DNA from: Gammaproteobacteria bacterium | GTDB taxonomy: Bacteria > Pseudomonadota > Gammaproteobacteria > Eutrophobiales > Eutrophobiaceae | Length of the DNA stretch: 64,000 bases | Reading direction: 5' to 3' | NCBI GenBank assembly: GCA_965221695.1 | Contig: OZ244905.1 | Coordinates: forward strand, 2,701,384 to 2,765,383 | Made by a program: the position numbers and the translations under genes | Shown: positions 1 to 8,613 of the stretch, piece by piece | Layout of the letters: each line of letters opens with the position of its first letter | How positions within the stretch are numbered: position 1 is the first letter of the stretch | The notes under the pieces: model-generated | Told to the model about the DNA's origin: nothing | Database searches by the model: none | Seen by the model: the letters and a program-made list of their open reading frames with translations, nothing else

Positions 1-403
1 GCTGCAGATGGAAACGGAGTTGCGCCCGCAAAAACAGTTGAAACGGCTACGCGCTCGCCTGGCGTTCGATGATACCCCGGTCGAGGGTTACGAGATACAT
101 GCCGGGATCACGCGAGGTAAAGCTCTGCAAAGGCCGGCAGTGCTGTTACCGGACAGGCAGGATGGCGCGATCTCCGAAGACAACAGCATCCTGGGGTGTT
201 ACCTGCATGGCCTGTTCGATGACGACGCGGCTTGTTCAGCTTTACTGCAATGGGCGGGCCTGGAACGGCCACAGGCAACGGATTACCGCGCCATCAGAGA
301 GCAGCAGATCGACCGCCTGGCCGATGTGATAGAAGAAGAGATCGATTTAACAAGATTATTCCCGCTGCCCCATACCATTCCCGCGAAAGCGGGAATCTAC
401 TGA
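1..403 (+). CDS. cobQ: Cobyric acid synthase, C-terminal (glutamine amidotransferase) fragment; 5' end lies outside the window
   Basis: The translation contains GYEIHAGIT...LGCYLHGLFDDDAACSALLQWAGL, typical of the CobQ/CbiP C-terminus. The frame is open to the window edge. The last ~10 codons (HTIPAKAGIY) are encoded by a REP-A repeat. Confidence 0.75.
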   Translation, partial: LQMETELRPQKQLKRLRARLAFDDTPVEGYEIHAGITRGKALQRPAVLLPDRQDGAISEDNSILGCYLHGLFDDDAACSALLQWAGLERPQATDYRAIREQQIDRLADVIEEEIDLTRLFPLPHTIPAKAGIY

Positions 404-470
404 GACAAGGGGTCGCCCTGCGGGCGACACTGAATTTGACTGGACTCCCGCTTTCGCGGGAGTGGTATGG
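369..470. repeat. REP-A element copy (about 100 bp, three consecutive hairpins with terminal inverted repeats)
   Basis: The sequence is ccataccattcccgcgaaagcgggaat...gtcgccctgcgggcgac...actcccgctttcgcgggagtggtatgg. The same unit recurs at 496, 11.8 kb, 17.8 kb and 24.1 kb. Confidence 0.85.
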
Positions 471-495
471 TGGCGGTGTTCACGGACATGCCCCC

Positions 496-650
496 TATCC
501 CATTCCCGTGAAAACGGGAATCCAGTGAGACAAAGAGTCGCCTTTCGGGCGACACTGTATTGACTGGACTCCTGCTCTTGGGGGAGTGATACGAGGGAAT
601 GCCTTGGCCTTAGGCAACAGTTACGTGCAATCGGGGCGTTCGGATCACTG
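496..650. repeat. Second REP-A copy plus a ~50 bp shared extension
   Basis: The core is cccattcccgtgaaaacgggaat...gtcgcctttcgggcgac...ggactcctgctcttgggggagtgatacg. It is followed by ggaatgccttgg..caacagttacgtgcaatcgggg, which also follows the 17.9 kb copy. Confidence 0.8.
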
Positions 651-664
651 AAAAATGGTTTATA

Positions 665-885
665 ATCGCCGCTGTATGCAGGTTTCCACCGGGCAGGTCT
701 GCCGGGTGGATTAACGGGAAGCCTGGTGAGCTTTCACAAGTGATTCCAGCACTGCCCCCGCAACGGTGATCAGCCTTGGTCCCGGACGTTACCACTGTGC
801 ATCGCATGGGAAGGTGTTCGGGACGTTGACTGGCGACAGTCAGCGCTGTCAGTCCGGAGACCGACCTGGATATGCCGGACCGGGA
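665..885 (+). promoter_or_regulatory. Cobalamin (AdoCbl) riboswitch in the btuB leader; a TATAAT hexamer lies at 661-666
   Basis: Conserved riboswitch blocks are visible: ttaacgggaagcctggtga, gcactgcccccgcaacggt, ccactg...gggaaggtg, and the B12-box-like agtccggagaccgacc. The element sits directly upstream of a TonB-dependent receptor and between cob genes. Confidence 0.85.
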
Positions 886-1033
886 CCAGCCCGCGTGACT
901 CACCATCTGGTGTGAAACACGTCTGAAGCCCGGCGCCGTTAATGACATGTTGCGGAGGGCGGCATAGGGCATTCACCTGCTCATTGTTCCCTCTTTGCTG
1001 CTGTCTGAGTTCGAATTCTACGGGAGTGAAGAT

Positions 1034-2854
1034 GTGAACAAAGCAGTTATCCGGGCGCTGCTGGTTTGCGCCGTTCTCTACGGGCCGGTGATCCAGGCAG
1101 CCCAGCAGGAAGAAATTATCGTAACCGGGACGCGCGCGCCCATTGAAGCAAACAGGTTGCCGGCTGCTGTTACCGTGATTGATCGGGCGGAGATCGAGAA
1201 GCGGCAAGTACAGTCCCTGCCTGATCTGTTGCGCGGCATCGCCGGGATAGACGTGGCGGTCAGCGGCGGCTACGGCAAAGCGGCGGCGGTCCGCCTGCGC
1301 GGCACCGAGAACCATCACGCGCTGGTCGTTGTTGATGGCGTCAGGGTTGGCTCGGCAACCCTTGGCTATGCACCCCTTCACCATACCCCCCTGGCGCATG
1401 TGGACCGTATCGAAATCCTGCGCGGTCCCCGTTCCAGTCTCTGGGGGTCTGAGGCGTTGGGCGGCGTGATTCTGATATCCACCCGCAGGGGTTCAGGAGA
1501 AAAGCCCCGTTACAGCCTGGATGCGGGTGGCGGGTCTTACGGCGCCTTCGAAGTTACCGGCGGCGTCAGCGGCGCATACCGGGATTTTGACTACAGCGCT
1601 GCCGTTTCTCGATTTGATACCCGCGGTATCGATGCGAGACAACCTATCAGCGGCCTGTTTGGTGTCGACCAGCCGGATAAAGACGGTTATGACAATCTTT
1701 CCATGCAGTTGCGCGCGGGCTATGAATTCAGCGCTGACGGCAGGATCGAGGCCTTCCTCCTGAGGACGGAAGGTACTACAGAATACGACGGTAACTTCCA
1801 GGATGAGACCGACTACCTGCAACAGGTCGCAGGTGGTTCGCTTTCAATCAGCCCGCTCGAGCGCTGGAACATGTCTTTGCAGTTGTCTGAGTCCCGGGAT
1901 GAAGCAGATAATTTCTCCCCGTCGGGTGGGCGCTCTTCACGCTTCGACAGCCGGCTCCGGCAGTTGTCATGGCAAAACCATATCGCGTTGTTGAATGATA
2001 ATTCATTGACATTCGGTGTGGATTACCGGGAAGACAAGGTCAGCAGTTCCAGCGGCTACGACCGCACCCGTCGAAACAACACTGGCCTGTTCGGACAGTA
2101 CGGCGTGGATTTTCACGGCCACCAGTTACTGGCATCGGTTCGCTGGGACGATGATGGGGTATTTGGCGACAAGACGACAGGGGGAGTGGGTTGGAATTAC
2201 GCCTGGGGTGACGCGCTGCGTGTGTATGCCGCATACGGTACCGCTTACCGGACGCCCACTTTTAATGAGCTGTTTTTTCCTTTTTTCGGTAATCCGGACC
2301 TGCGGCCGGAGACCGCCGATTCCTGGGAAGCGGGACTGGAGGGCCGGCATGCGCGTTTCCGCTGGCATTTGCGGGCGTATCACATGCAGGCGGAGGACCT
2401 CATCGTTACCGTCTGTGACCAGTTTTTCAACTGTGCCCCGGAAAACGCCAACGAGGCTGAAATAACCGGTGTGGAGGGCGAGCTTTACGCGCAATGGAAT
2501 AATTGGGATGCCGTGCTGGCTGTGGAATATCTCGATCCCGAGGATAAAAACACGGGGAACAGGCTGGCACGCCGGGTGAAGCAGCGGTTATCGATTGACC
2601 TCAGACGGGATTTGGGCAGATTCAGCTTCGGCACACGACTGCTTGCCGAAGGGAATCGGTTCGATAATGCCGCCAACACGATCAGGGTCGGCGGGTTCGT
2701 GACGCTGGATTTATCGGCAGAGTACCGTCTAAATGAGCGCCTGACATTACGCGCAAAGGCGGCAAACCTGCTGGACAAGTCGTACCAGACTGTCAATACC
2801 TACAACTCCTTCGATCGGAACTTCTTCTTGTCGTTCCATTATCGAAGCCGATGA
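1034..2854 (+). CDS. btuB: TonB-dependent vitamin B12 receptor
   Basis: A GTG at 1034 gives the signal peptide MNKAVIRALLVCAVLYGPVIQA. A plug-domain motif (IVTGTRAP) and TBDR barrel repeats follow. A B12 riboswitch lies upstream. The track ORF starts at 995. Confidence 0.85.
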   Translation: MNKAVIRALLVCAVLYGPVIQAAQQEEIIVTGTRAPIEANRLPAAVTVIDRAEIEKRQVQSLPDLLRGIAGIDVAVSGGYGKAAAVRLRGTENHHALVVVDGVRVGSATLGYAPLHHTPLAHVDRIEILRGPRSSLWGSEALGGVILISTRRGSGEKPRYSLDAGGGSYGAFEVTGGVSGAYRDFDYSAAVSRFDTRGIDARQPISGLFGVDQPDKDGYDNLSMQLRAGYEFSADGRIEAFLLRTEGTTEYDGNFQDETDYLQQVAGGSLSISPLERWNMSLQLSESRDEADNFSPSGGRSSRFDSRLRQLSWQNHIALLNDNSLTFGVDYREDKVSSSSGYDRTRRNNTGLFGQYGVDFHGHQLLASVRWDDDGVFGDKTTGGVGWNYAWGDALRVYAAYGTAYRTPTFNELFFPFFGNPDLRPETADSWEAGLEGRHARFRWHLRAYHMQAEDLIVTVCDQFFNCAPENANEAEITGVEGELYAQWNNWDAVLAVEYLDPEDKNTGNRLARRVKQRLSIDLRRDLGRFSFGTRLLAEGNRFDNAANTIRVGGFVTLDLSAEYRLNERLTLRAKAANLLDKSYQTVNTYNSFDRNFFLSFHYRSR

Positions 2855-2924
2855 ACTGACAAGGGCGCCGGGCGCGCTGGCGCTCTTTCAACCTGGGATT
2901 GCCGCATGAATACTTGGGCAAGCT

Positions 2925-3113
2925 AAGGAACCTCTGGATTAAGTCAGAGTTTCCCTAAGGAAACTCTGAACAAGTCCATCCTGGACTTGTCAGAGTACGG
3001 AAAGCAAAAATGCGATTTTTGTTTTCCTCACAAAATCAATGTCTTACAGTCATTGATATTGACGATACATCCTTGTATCGTAGGAACCTCTGACTTAATC
3101 AGAGGTTCCCTAA
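2925..3113 (+). repeat. MITE-B element, full copy (five-hairpin structured repeat)
   Basis: Terminal hairpins aggaacctctg(g)attaagtcagag and aggaacctctgacttaatcagaggttcc are present. Internal hairpins are ctctgaacaagtccatcctggacttgtcagag, ggaaagcaaaaatgcgatttttgttttcc, atcaatg..cattgat and acgatacatccttgtatcgt. The copy is near-identical to those at 22.5 kb (inverted) and 60.7 kb. Confidence 0.9.
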
Positions 3114-3211
3114 TATTACAAAGAGTTTTGTTGTCCACTGGATTCCTGCTGTTGCGGTAATGGTATAGATTGGCGGACAATATCAGGTTGAATAACCCAT
3201 GAGATTGAAAG

Positions 3212-3817
3212 ATGACCGACAAGACAATCAGCGCTGACGAGCACAAGCAGAAGATGCAGGAGCAGCAACGCCAGGTGCGCGCCAAGATCGCGGCGGCGAA
3301 AACAAGGCGCGGGATCATCCTCTACCTGTACGGCAACGGCAAGGGAAAAAGCAGTTCGGCATTCGGCACCCTGGCCAGAAGCATTGGTCACGGTAAAAAA
3401 GGCGCGGTGGTGCAATTCATCAAGGGTAAATGGAAGACCGGGGAGCAAGCGATTTTCAAACAACTGGGCGTGAAACACCTGGTTATGGCAACTGGGTTTA
3501 CCTGGGACACCCAGGACCGGGAGAAGGACATCGCCGCCGCGGCAGCGGTCTGGAACGACGCGCTCCCGTTGTTCCGGGACCCTGCTTACGATATTGTGGT
3601 CCTCGATGAAATAACCTACATGTTCAAGTATGGCTACCTGCCGGCAGACGCCGTCTGCGAAGTCCTGCTGGCCCGGCCGGAGAAACAGAACGTGATTATC
3701 ACCGGCAGGGACCCGATCCCGGAATTGCTGGAGATTGCCGATACCATCAGCGAGGTCAAGGAAATCCGCCATGCCTTCCACCAGGGCATCAAGGCACAGA
3801 AAGGCATAGAGTATTAA
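3212..3817 (+). CDS. cobO: Cob(I)yrinic acid a,c-diamide adenosyltransferase
   Basis: P-loop-like GNGKGKSSSAFG and the QFIKGKW motif are typical of CobO/BtuR. The gene sits in a cob/btuB context. Confidence 0.85.
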   Translation: MTDKTISADEHKQKMQEQQRQVRAKIAAAKTRRGIILYLYGNGKGKSSSAFGTLARSIGHGKKGAVVQFIKGKWKTGEQAIFKQLGVKHLVMATGFTWDTQDREKDIAAAAAVWNDALPLFRDPAYDIVVLDEITYMFKYGYLPADAVCEVLLARPEKQNVIITGRDPIPELLEIADTISEVKEIRHAFHQGIKAQKGIEY

Positions 3818-3977
3818 AGAAGCTCTGAACAAGTCCATCCTGGACTTGCCAGAGCACGCACAACAAAAATGCGATTTTGTTGTGCTCACATATTCAATAA
3901 CTTGCAGTCATTGAATATGGCGATACATCCTTGAATCGCAAGAAGCTCTGAACAAGTCCATCCTGGACTTGACAGAG
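3817..3977 (+). repeat. MITE-B element, variant copy
   Basis: The copy starts at the cobO stop codon. It has the same internal hairpins with sequence variants. Both ends carry aagaagctctgaacaagtccatcctggacttg(c/a)cagag as a direct repeat. Confidence 0.85.
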
Positions 3978-3982
3978 ATTAC

Positions 3983-5653
3983 TTAACCGGAACCTGCGAG
4001 CATTTCCCGCGCATGATCACGGGACTGTTGCGATATCCTGATGCCGCCCAGCATGCGGGCGATTTCTTCCACCCGTTGTTCATCCGTCAGCACATCGACC
4101 CGGGTTTCAGTGGTTATACTGTCGGAGGTTTTCGTTACCCTGAAGTGGTTATCGCCCTGCGAGGCTACCTGCGGCAAATGGGTAACGCACAGTACCTGCC
4201 GGCGTTCCGCTAAGCTGTGTAACCGGTTGCCGACGATTTCCGCGATCCCGCCGGCAATTCCCGCGTCCACTTCGTCGAAAATCAACGTCGACGCGCCGCT
4301 GTCCCGGTTTGCGCTGACCTGCAGCGCAAGGCCGATGCGCGACAGTTCACCGCCGGAGGCGACTTTTCTCAGCGGTAACAACGCTTGCCCGGGATTGGTG
4401 GAAACGAGGAATTCCACCTGGTTGTTCCCGTTTCTGTGGGGTTTCAGGTCCGCACCCGGGGTGACATTGATTTGAAATCTCCCTTCAGGCATACCCAGGG
4501 TACGTATTCTGTCGCTGATGTCCGTAGCCATGTCTGCCGCGCACCGGCGCCGGCATTCACCCAGTTCATCTGCGGCCGATCGGTATTCCTCCAGCGCCCG
4601 TTGTTGTTCCTGTTCGAGTTCCGCCTGGCGCGTGCGATTGTGCTCCAGCGTACCCAGTTGCTGCGTTATCAATTGCTGGTGCGCGTAAAGCTGTTGCGGC
4701 TGTACCCGGTGTTTGCGGGCCAAATCGTGCAACTTCCCCATGCGTTGTTCCACCTCACCCAGGCGCGCAGGGTCCTGGTCCAGCTTGCCCAGGTAAGAGC
4801 GCAGTTCGTCGCTGGCCTCGGCAATGTGCAGAGACGCATTCTCCAGCAGTCCGGTTATGGTTGCCAGGGTTGAATCGAAGCGTTCCAGGTCAGCGAGATC
4901 CTTTTTGATGTGGTTGATCCTGTCGTTTGCCGACTTTTCGCCGGTATATAATCCGTCCAGGGCCTGTTGTGCCGTTTCCAGCAAGCTGTGCATGTTGACC
5001 AGACGCTTGTAATCATGTTCCAGCCGTTCCACTTCGTTCTCTTCCACTTCAAGCGCCTGCAGTTCCTCCACCTGGTACCTGAGCAGGGATAATCGTTCAC
5101 CTGCATCTCCGTCAGGTTCGGTGAGTGCACGCAAGGCCCTGTCTATTTCGTCCCAGTGTTCGTATGCCCGACTGACCCGCGCCAGGACCTCGTCATAGTC
5201 CCCGAAGCCGTCCAGCAATTCCCTTTGCGCATCTCTTTTCAACAACTTCTGGTGTTCGTGTTGCCCATGGATATCTATCAGCAGCGCGCCGATGTCGCGC
5301 AGTAACTGCAAGGGGACGGGAGTGGTATCGATATAAGCGCGCGAAGGGCCTTCCCTGTTAACCGCCCGGCGCAACAGCAATTCGTTTTCTGCGCAGGTGA
5401 TGGACTGTTCGTCCAGTAATTGCATCAGCGACTCATTTCCACCCACATCGAACAGCGCGCTGATCTCGGCGCGTGCGCACCCGGTTCGTATCACTGTGGT
5501 ATCCGCCCGGTCGCCCAGCACCAGCCCCAGGGCATCGATCAAAATGGATTTGCCGGCGCCGGTCTCGCCGGTAAGCACCGTCAGGCCCTCACAGAACGAC
5601 AGCTCGAGATTTTCAATTACCGCCAGATTGTTAATACAAAGATGTTTCAGCAT
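3983..5653 (-). CDS. recN: DNA repair protein RecN
   Basis: N-terminal Walker A (LTGETGAGKSIL), long coiled-coil middle, C-terminal SMC signature (SGGELSRI) and Walker B (LIFDEVD). Confidence 0.95.
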   Translation of the reverse strand: MLKHLCINNLAVIENLELSFCEGLTVLTGETGAGKSILIDALGLVLGDRADTTVIRTGCARAEISALFDVGGNESLMQLLDEQSITCAENELLLRRAVNREGPSRAYIDTTPVPLQLLRDIGALLIDIHGQHEHQKLLKRDAQRELLDGFGDYDEVLARVSRAYEHWDEIDRALRALTEPDGDAGERLSLLRYQVEELQALEVEENEVERLEHDYKRLVNMHSLLETAQQALDGLYTGEKSANDRINHIKKDLADLERFDSTLATITGLLENASLHIAEASDELRSYLGKLDQDPARLGEVEQRMGKLHDLARKHRVQPQQLYAHQQLITQQLGTLEHNRTRQAELEQEQQRALEEYRSAADELGECRRRCAADMATDISDRIRTLGMPEGRFQINVTPGADLKPHRNGNNQVEFLVSTNPGQALLPLRKVASGGELSRIGLALQVSANRDSGASTLIFDEVDAGIAGGIAEIVGNRLHSLAERRQVLCVTHLPQVASQGDNHFRVTKTSDSITTETRVDVLTDEQRVEEIARMLGGIRISQQSRDHAREMLAGSG

Positions 5654-5665
5654 CGGGTAACCGGC

Positions 5666-6532
5666 TCAACCCCAATTCAGTTTATCCCTGAGGATCTTGA
5701 AGTGATCATGGTCCGCAGGATGGATCAGCCGTATTTTCTTGTCCTTCTTCTGTATGTTCACCTTGTCGCCGGTAACCAGTTCACAGACGATTTCTCCGTC
5801 GCAGGTCAGGTAAGCGCGATCAATTTGCGGCGTACCGATGATGACTTCCACTACGTTGTTGCCGTCAATGACCACCGGGCGGTTACTCAGGGTATGCGGG
5901 CAGATGGGGACCAGCACCAGCGCGTTCAGCGCGGGATGCAATATCGGGCCTCCACCTGCCAGCGCGTAAGCGGTTGACCCGGTGGGAGAGGAGATGATCA
6001 TGCCGTCGGAACGTTGCCGGTGAAGAAAATTACCGTCAACAAAGGTCTCGAGTTCTATCAGCTTGGCGATATTGCCTTTTTGTATGATGACATCGTTGAA
6101 AGCGTGGCTTTCCATCAGGGTCTTGCTCTGGCTTTCGATTTCGCAGTGTAATTGAAAGCGTTCATCCTCGATGAAGTTACCGCGCAGGATTTCGTCCAGC
6201 CGGCGGACCACCGCATTCGCGGGAATATCTGCCAGGAATCCCAGGCGTCCGCGGTTGATGCCCAGTAACGGCACGTTGTAATCGGCCAACAGGTGAGCGG
6301 CCCGCAACATGGTGCCATCGCCACCTATGGCTATCGCGAGATCGCAGTTCATGCCGAAATATTCCGCATTTCCCTGCGGCAGATTCAGGTTGGGCACCAG
6401 CGTGGTGGAGAACTCATCTAAGATAACTTCCTTTTTATGTTCCTGGAGGTAGTCTATAACTGTCTGTAAAGTATAAATTATTTCAGAAGTGCTATTATTT
6501 GTAATGATAGCTATGGTGTTGAACATGGTCAT
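5666..6532 (-). CDS. nadK: NAD kinase
   Basis: GGDGTML motif, 288 aa, and the conserved position next to recN. Confidence 0.9.
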   Translation of the reverse strand: MTMFNTIAIITNNSTSEIIYTLQTVIDYLQEHKKEVILDEFSTTLVPNLNLPQGNAEYFGMNCDLAIAIGGDGTMLRAAHLLADYNVPLLGINRGRLGFLADIPANAVVRRLDEILRGNFIEDERFQLHCEIESQSKTLMESHAFNDVIIQKGNIAKLIELETFVDGNFLHRQRSDGMIISSPTGSTAYALAGGGPILHPALNALVLVPICPHTLSNRPVVIDGNNVVEVIIGTPQIDRAYLTCDGEIVCELVTGDKVNIQKKDKKIRLIHPADHDHFKILRDKLNWG

Positions 6533-6613
6533 GGTTTATATTGGCCGGTGTCTTGACTCATCATGACTTAGCCGGTGATTTACCCGGTAATTTACCCAGT
6601 AACCGGGCAGGAT

Positions 6614-6640
6614 TTTGCACTGCCATGAATAGAGTGTTAA
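6614..6640 (+). promoter_or_regulatory. CIRCE-like inverted repeat (putative HrcA operator)
   Basis: tttgcactg-N9-gagtgttaa compared with consensus TTAGCACTC-N9-GAGTGCTAA. It lies about 40 bp upstream of the hrcA start. Confidence 0.55.
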
Positions 6641-6678
6641 ATTTTCCATTGAGAAACTTTGCCACATTACACTGAACA

Positions 6679-7737
6679 ATGCCAAAAAATCGTCTGGAAT
6701 CCGTACAGGATTTGAATGAACGCAGTCTGCTTTTGTTCAAATCACTGGTGGAGCATTTCATCCACGATGGTCATCCGGTCGGTTCGCGTACCCTGTCCAG
6801 GGACTCGAACCTGGATCTGAGCCCGGCTACCATCCGCAATGTGATGGCCGACCTGGAGGACATGGGGCTATTGCGTTCTCCCCATACTTCGGCCGGACGC
6901 GTCCCCACGGCGCGCGGCTTCCGCCTGTTCGTTGACAGTCTGCTCAGCGTTGAACAACTGGAAGAACGAACGGTGGAGCGTATGGCGCGGGAGATGGAAG
7001 CGGAAGCCGATCTGCAGCACCTGGTTGTGCGCACGTCAAGCCTGCTGTCCGATATTACCAAGCTGGCCGCTGTGGTCATGCTGCCGCGCGTCAGGCGGAA
7101 TTCGCTCGAACATATCGAATTCATCCCCCTGTCTGAGAATCGAATCCTGGTCATACTGGTGTTGAGTAACAAGGAGATCCAGAACCGGATCATACATACA
7201 GCAAAATCCTACCCGCAATCTGAGTTGCAAAGAACCGCAAACTATCTCAACTCCACCTTTCGCGGCAAGGATCTGGAGACGATTCGCAGCGAGATGCTCA
7301 CCGAGCTGAGAAGGCTTAAGAAAGACGTTAACGATCTGATGCAGACCGCCATCGAAATGGCACAAAAAGCGTTTGTGTCGCCAACCGCGGAGGATGACGT
7401 GGTGATTTCAGGGCATACCAACCTGATGGGAGTGGCGGAACTGGGCGACCTGGAAAAATTGAAACGATTGTTCGAGAGCTTCAACCAGAAACGCGACATT
7501 CTTCACCTGCTGGAGAACGCAATCAGCGCCAAGGGCGTGCAGATATTCATTGGCGAAGAATCCGGCTACGAGGTGCTGGATGATTGCAGTATTGTTACCT
7601 CTCCGTACCAGCGCGAAGGCCAGGTCCTCGGTGTGCTGGGTGTCATCGGGCCCACCCGTATGGATTACGAAAGAGTCATCCCGGTCGTGGATGTGACCGC
7701 AAGAATTCTGGGCTCGGTCTTGAATTCTACGAATTAG
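6679..7737 (+). CDS. hrcA: Heat-inducible transcription repressor HrcA
   Basis: N-terminal winged helix (LLLFKSLVEHFIHDGHPVGSRTL), 352 aa, followed by grpE-dnaK-dnaJ. Confidence 0.9.
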   Translation: MPKNRLESVQDLNERSLLLFKSLVEHFIHDGHPVGSRTLSRDSNLDLSPATIRNVMADLEDMGLLRSPHTSAGRVPTARGFRLFVDSLLSVEQLEERTVERMAREMEAEADLQHLVVRTSSLLSDITKLAAVVMLPRVRRNSLEHIEFIPLSENRILVILVLSNKEIQNRIIHTAKSYPQSELQRTANYLNSTFRGKDLETIRSEMLTELRRLKKDVNDLMQTAIEMAQKAFVSPTAEDDVVISGHTNLMGVAELGDLEKLKRLFESFNQKRDILHLLENAISAKGVQIFIGEESGYEVLDDCSIVTSPYQREGQVLGVLGVIGPTRMDYERVIPVVDVTARILGSVLNSTN

Positions 7738-7822
7738 TCCATATCTTCTTCTACGGGTAACAGGGCGCCGGTTGCGCGCGCCCGGAATTCATTATTATCG
7801 ATCAGGACATAATGGTCTAATC

Positions 7823-8443
7823 ATGATGGTTGAAGAAAAACAAAATGCCGGCAACGGGGCAGAGCCTGTAACAAACGGGGGATCTTCCCCGGCTGAAGCA
7901 CGGTCAGAAGAGGAGATAACCGGAGCGGTACCCCTGGGTCAGGAGGAGGCCGGTGACGACCCGGACAAGATTTCTGAAGAGATTGCCGAACTCCAGCAGG
8001 AAAACGAACGGCTGAACCTGGAAGTCCGGGAACATGCCGACAACGCGTTGCGCGCCTCGGCGGAACTGGAGAATATCCGTAAACGCACTGCGCGCGATGT
8101 TGAGAATGCCCATAAGTACGCGCTGGAGCGCTTCCTTAATGAATTACTGCCGGTTATCGACAGTATGGAATTGGGCATGAACGCATCGCAGTCGGCGGAA
8201 GACATCGAGAGTTTGCGCGAAGGGATGGACCTTACCCTGAAGATGCTGCTCGACTGCCTGGAGAAGTTCGGGGTTAAAGCCATTGATCCGGCCGGTGATA
8301 AATTCGACCCCGAGTGGCATGAGGCCGTCTCCATGCAGGAACTGGAGGGCGCTGATTCAGGCAAGGTCATCAGCGTAATGCAAAAAGGCTATGAACTGAA
8401 CGGGCGACTGGTCAGACCGGCGATGGTAGTGGTTGCGAAATAG
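7823..8443 (+). CDS. grpE: Nucleotide exchange factor GrpE
   Basis: Acidic N-terminus, coiled coil and the RKRTARD motif. The start was taken at the ATG giving MMVEEKQ; the track ORF starts at 7772. Confidence 0.9.
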   Translation: MMVEEKQNAGNGAEPVTNGGSSPAEARSEEEITGAVPLGQEEAGDDPDKISEEIAELQQENERLNLEVREHADNALRASAELENIRKRTARDVENAHKYALERFLNELLPVIDSMELGMNASQSAEDIESLREGMDLTLKMLLDCLEKFGVKAIDPAGDKFDPEWHEAVSMQELEGADSGKVISVMQKGYELNGRLVRPAMVVVAK

Positions 8444-8532
8444 TGGGGTCAGATTATGGGGCCTGGGCAATATCAGTTTGGTATTTCTGGCGATTTCAGC
8501 GTTTCACCGAACCTTGCTGTGTCCCGCGTAAT

Positions 8533-8563
8533 CCTTGAATTTCGGGGTGATAACCCACACTTA
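8533..8563 (+). promoter_or_regulatory. Sigma-32-like heat-shock promoter upstream of dnaK
   Basis: ccttgaa-N14-cccacactta compared with consensus CCCTTGAA-N13-15-CCCCATNTA. Confidence 0.45.
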
Positions 8564-8613
8564 TATCTCTGGTAAGACAATAAAATTCTGAGCAATATAC
8601 AAGAGGCTTGAAC

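Noticed and set aside
232-528. ORFs spanning REP-A copies (232-528, 17535-17951, 23970-24218).
   Set aside because: They are read-through of palindromic repeats and intergenic DNA. The shared peptide fragments (PAKAGIQ / PAKAGVQ) derive from the repeat itself.
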